Below, one piece after another: positions 62,568-64,000 of a stretch of 64,000 bases of DNA. The translations under genes and the position numbers were made by a program. Origin of the DNA: Pristiophorus japonicus (Eukaryota). Position 1 is the stretch's first letter, and each line of letters opens with the position of its first letter. The notes below the pieces were generated by a model. The model saw only the letters and a list, made by a program, of their open reading frames with translations. It was not told the origin of the DNA and did not search any database. Location: contig NC_091977.1 of assembly GCF_044704955.1 (NCBI RefSeq), forward strand, positions 124,062,001 to 124,126,000. The letters run 5' to 3'.

Positions 62568-64000
62568 ATGTAACCCCACTTTTTAAAAAAGGAGGGAGAG
62601 AGAAAACAGGGAATTATAGACCGGTCAGCCTGACCTCAGTAGTGGGTAAAATGATGGAATCAATTATTAAGGATGTCATAGCAGTGCATCTGGAAAATGG
62701 TGACATGATAGGTCCAAGTCAGCATGGATTTGTGAAAGGGAAATCATGCTTGACAAATCTTCTGGAATTTTTTGAGGATGTTTCCAGTAAAGTGGACAAA
62801 GGAGAACCAGTTGATGTGGTATATTTGGACTTTCAGAAGGCTTTCGACAAGGTCCCACACAAGAGATTAATGTGCAAAGTTAAAGCACATGGGATTGGGG
62901 GTAGTGTGCTGACGTGGATTGAGAACTGGTTGTCAGACAGGAAGCAAAGAGTAGGAGTAAACGGGTACTTTTCAGAATGGCAGGCAGTGACTAGTGGAGT
63001 GCCGCAAGGTTCTGTGCTGGGGCCCCAGCTGTTTACATTGTACATTAATGATTTAGACGAGGGGATTAAATGCAGTATCTCCAAATTTGCGGATGATACT
63101 AAGTTGGGTGGCAGTGTGAGCTGCGAGGAGGATGCTATTAGGCTGCAGAGTGACTTGGATAGGTTAGGTGAGTGGGCAAATGCATGGCAGATGAAGTATA
63201 ATGTGGATAAATGTGAGGTTATCCACTTTGGTGGTAAAAACAGAGAGACAGACTATTATCTGAATGGTGACAGATTAGGAAAAGGGAAGGTGCAACGAGA
63301 CCTGGGTGTCATGGTACATCAGTCATTGAAGGTTAGCATGCAGGTACAGCAGGCGGTTAAGAAAGCAAATGGCATGTTGGCCTTCATAGCGAGGGGATTT
63401 GAATACAGGGGCAGGGAGGTGTTGCTACAGTTGTACAGGGCCTTGGTGAGGCCACACCTGGAGTATTGTGTACAGTTTTGGTCTCCTAACTTGAGGAAGG
63501 ACATTCTTGCTATTGAGGGAGTGCAGCGAAGGTTCACCAGACTGATTCCCGGGATGGCGGGACTGACCTATCAAGAAAGATTGGATCAACTGGGCTTGTA
63601 TTCACTGGAGTTCAGAAGAATGAGAGGGGACCTCATAGAAACGTTTAAAATTCTGACGGATTTAGACAGGTTAGATGCAGAAAGAATGTTCCCAATGTTG
63701 GGGAAGTCCAGAACCAGGGGTCACAGTCTGAGGATAAGGGGTAAGCCATTTAGGACCGAGATGAGGAGAAACTTCTTCACCCAGAGAGTGGTGAACCTGT
63801 GGAATTCTCTACCACAGAAAGTAGTTGAGGCCAATTCACTAAATATATTCAAAAGGGAGTTAGATGAAGTCCTTACTACTCGGGGGATCAAGGGTTATGG
63901 CGAGAAAGCAGGAAGGGGGTACTGAAGTTTCATGTTCAGCCATGAACTCATTGAATGGCGGTGCAGGCTAGAAGGGCTGAATGGCCTGCTCCTGCACCTA
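62568..64000 (+). mobile_element. CR1 LINE, 5'-truncated, uninterrupted RT frame (young)
   Basis: ORF to 63925 with YLDFQKAFD, GVPQGSVLGP, FADD. Confidence 0.95.

Noticed and set aside
1-64000. CRISPR array, prokaryotic RT/retron defence system, or uni-strand piRNA cluster
   Set aside because: No repeat-spacer array; all RTs are eukaryotic LINE/LTR types; TE orientations are mixed

Overview
Eukaryotic, not prokaryotic: a TE-saturated vertebrate window. The SacSINE1/DeuSINE-type SINE and CR1 families point to a cartilaginous fish (shark); this is an inference. Most of the 64 kb is nested retroelements and DNA transposons. There are about 15 CR1 LINE copies (one near full length), two full-length but decayed Mag-like Gypsy LTR elements plus two partial ones, two L2s and a tandemly duplicated Tx1-type LINE fragment. 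Also present are RTE and Vingi-like fragments, SINEs, and several PIF/Harbinger elements, two of which carry spliced Myb/SANT genes not assembled by the ORF track. No host gene could be identified with confidence. TE-free islands (about 21.9-22.6 and 40.2-42.4 kb) look like conserved enhancers and/or unrecognised minus-strand exons. The most notable items are a pair of inverted minimal hammerhead-ribozyme motifs in a Penelope-like unit (62.0-62.2 kb), a TSD-unit-TSD-unit-TSD Tx1 doublet inside a CR1, a dimeric tRNA-head SINE and multi-level nesting stacks. No CRISPR, rRNA or genuine tRNA genes were seen. All family names come from motif recognition, not database searches.
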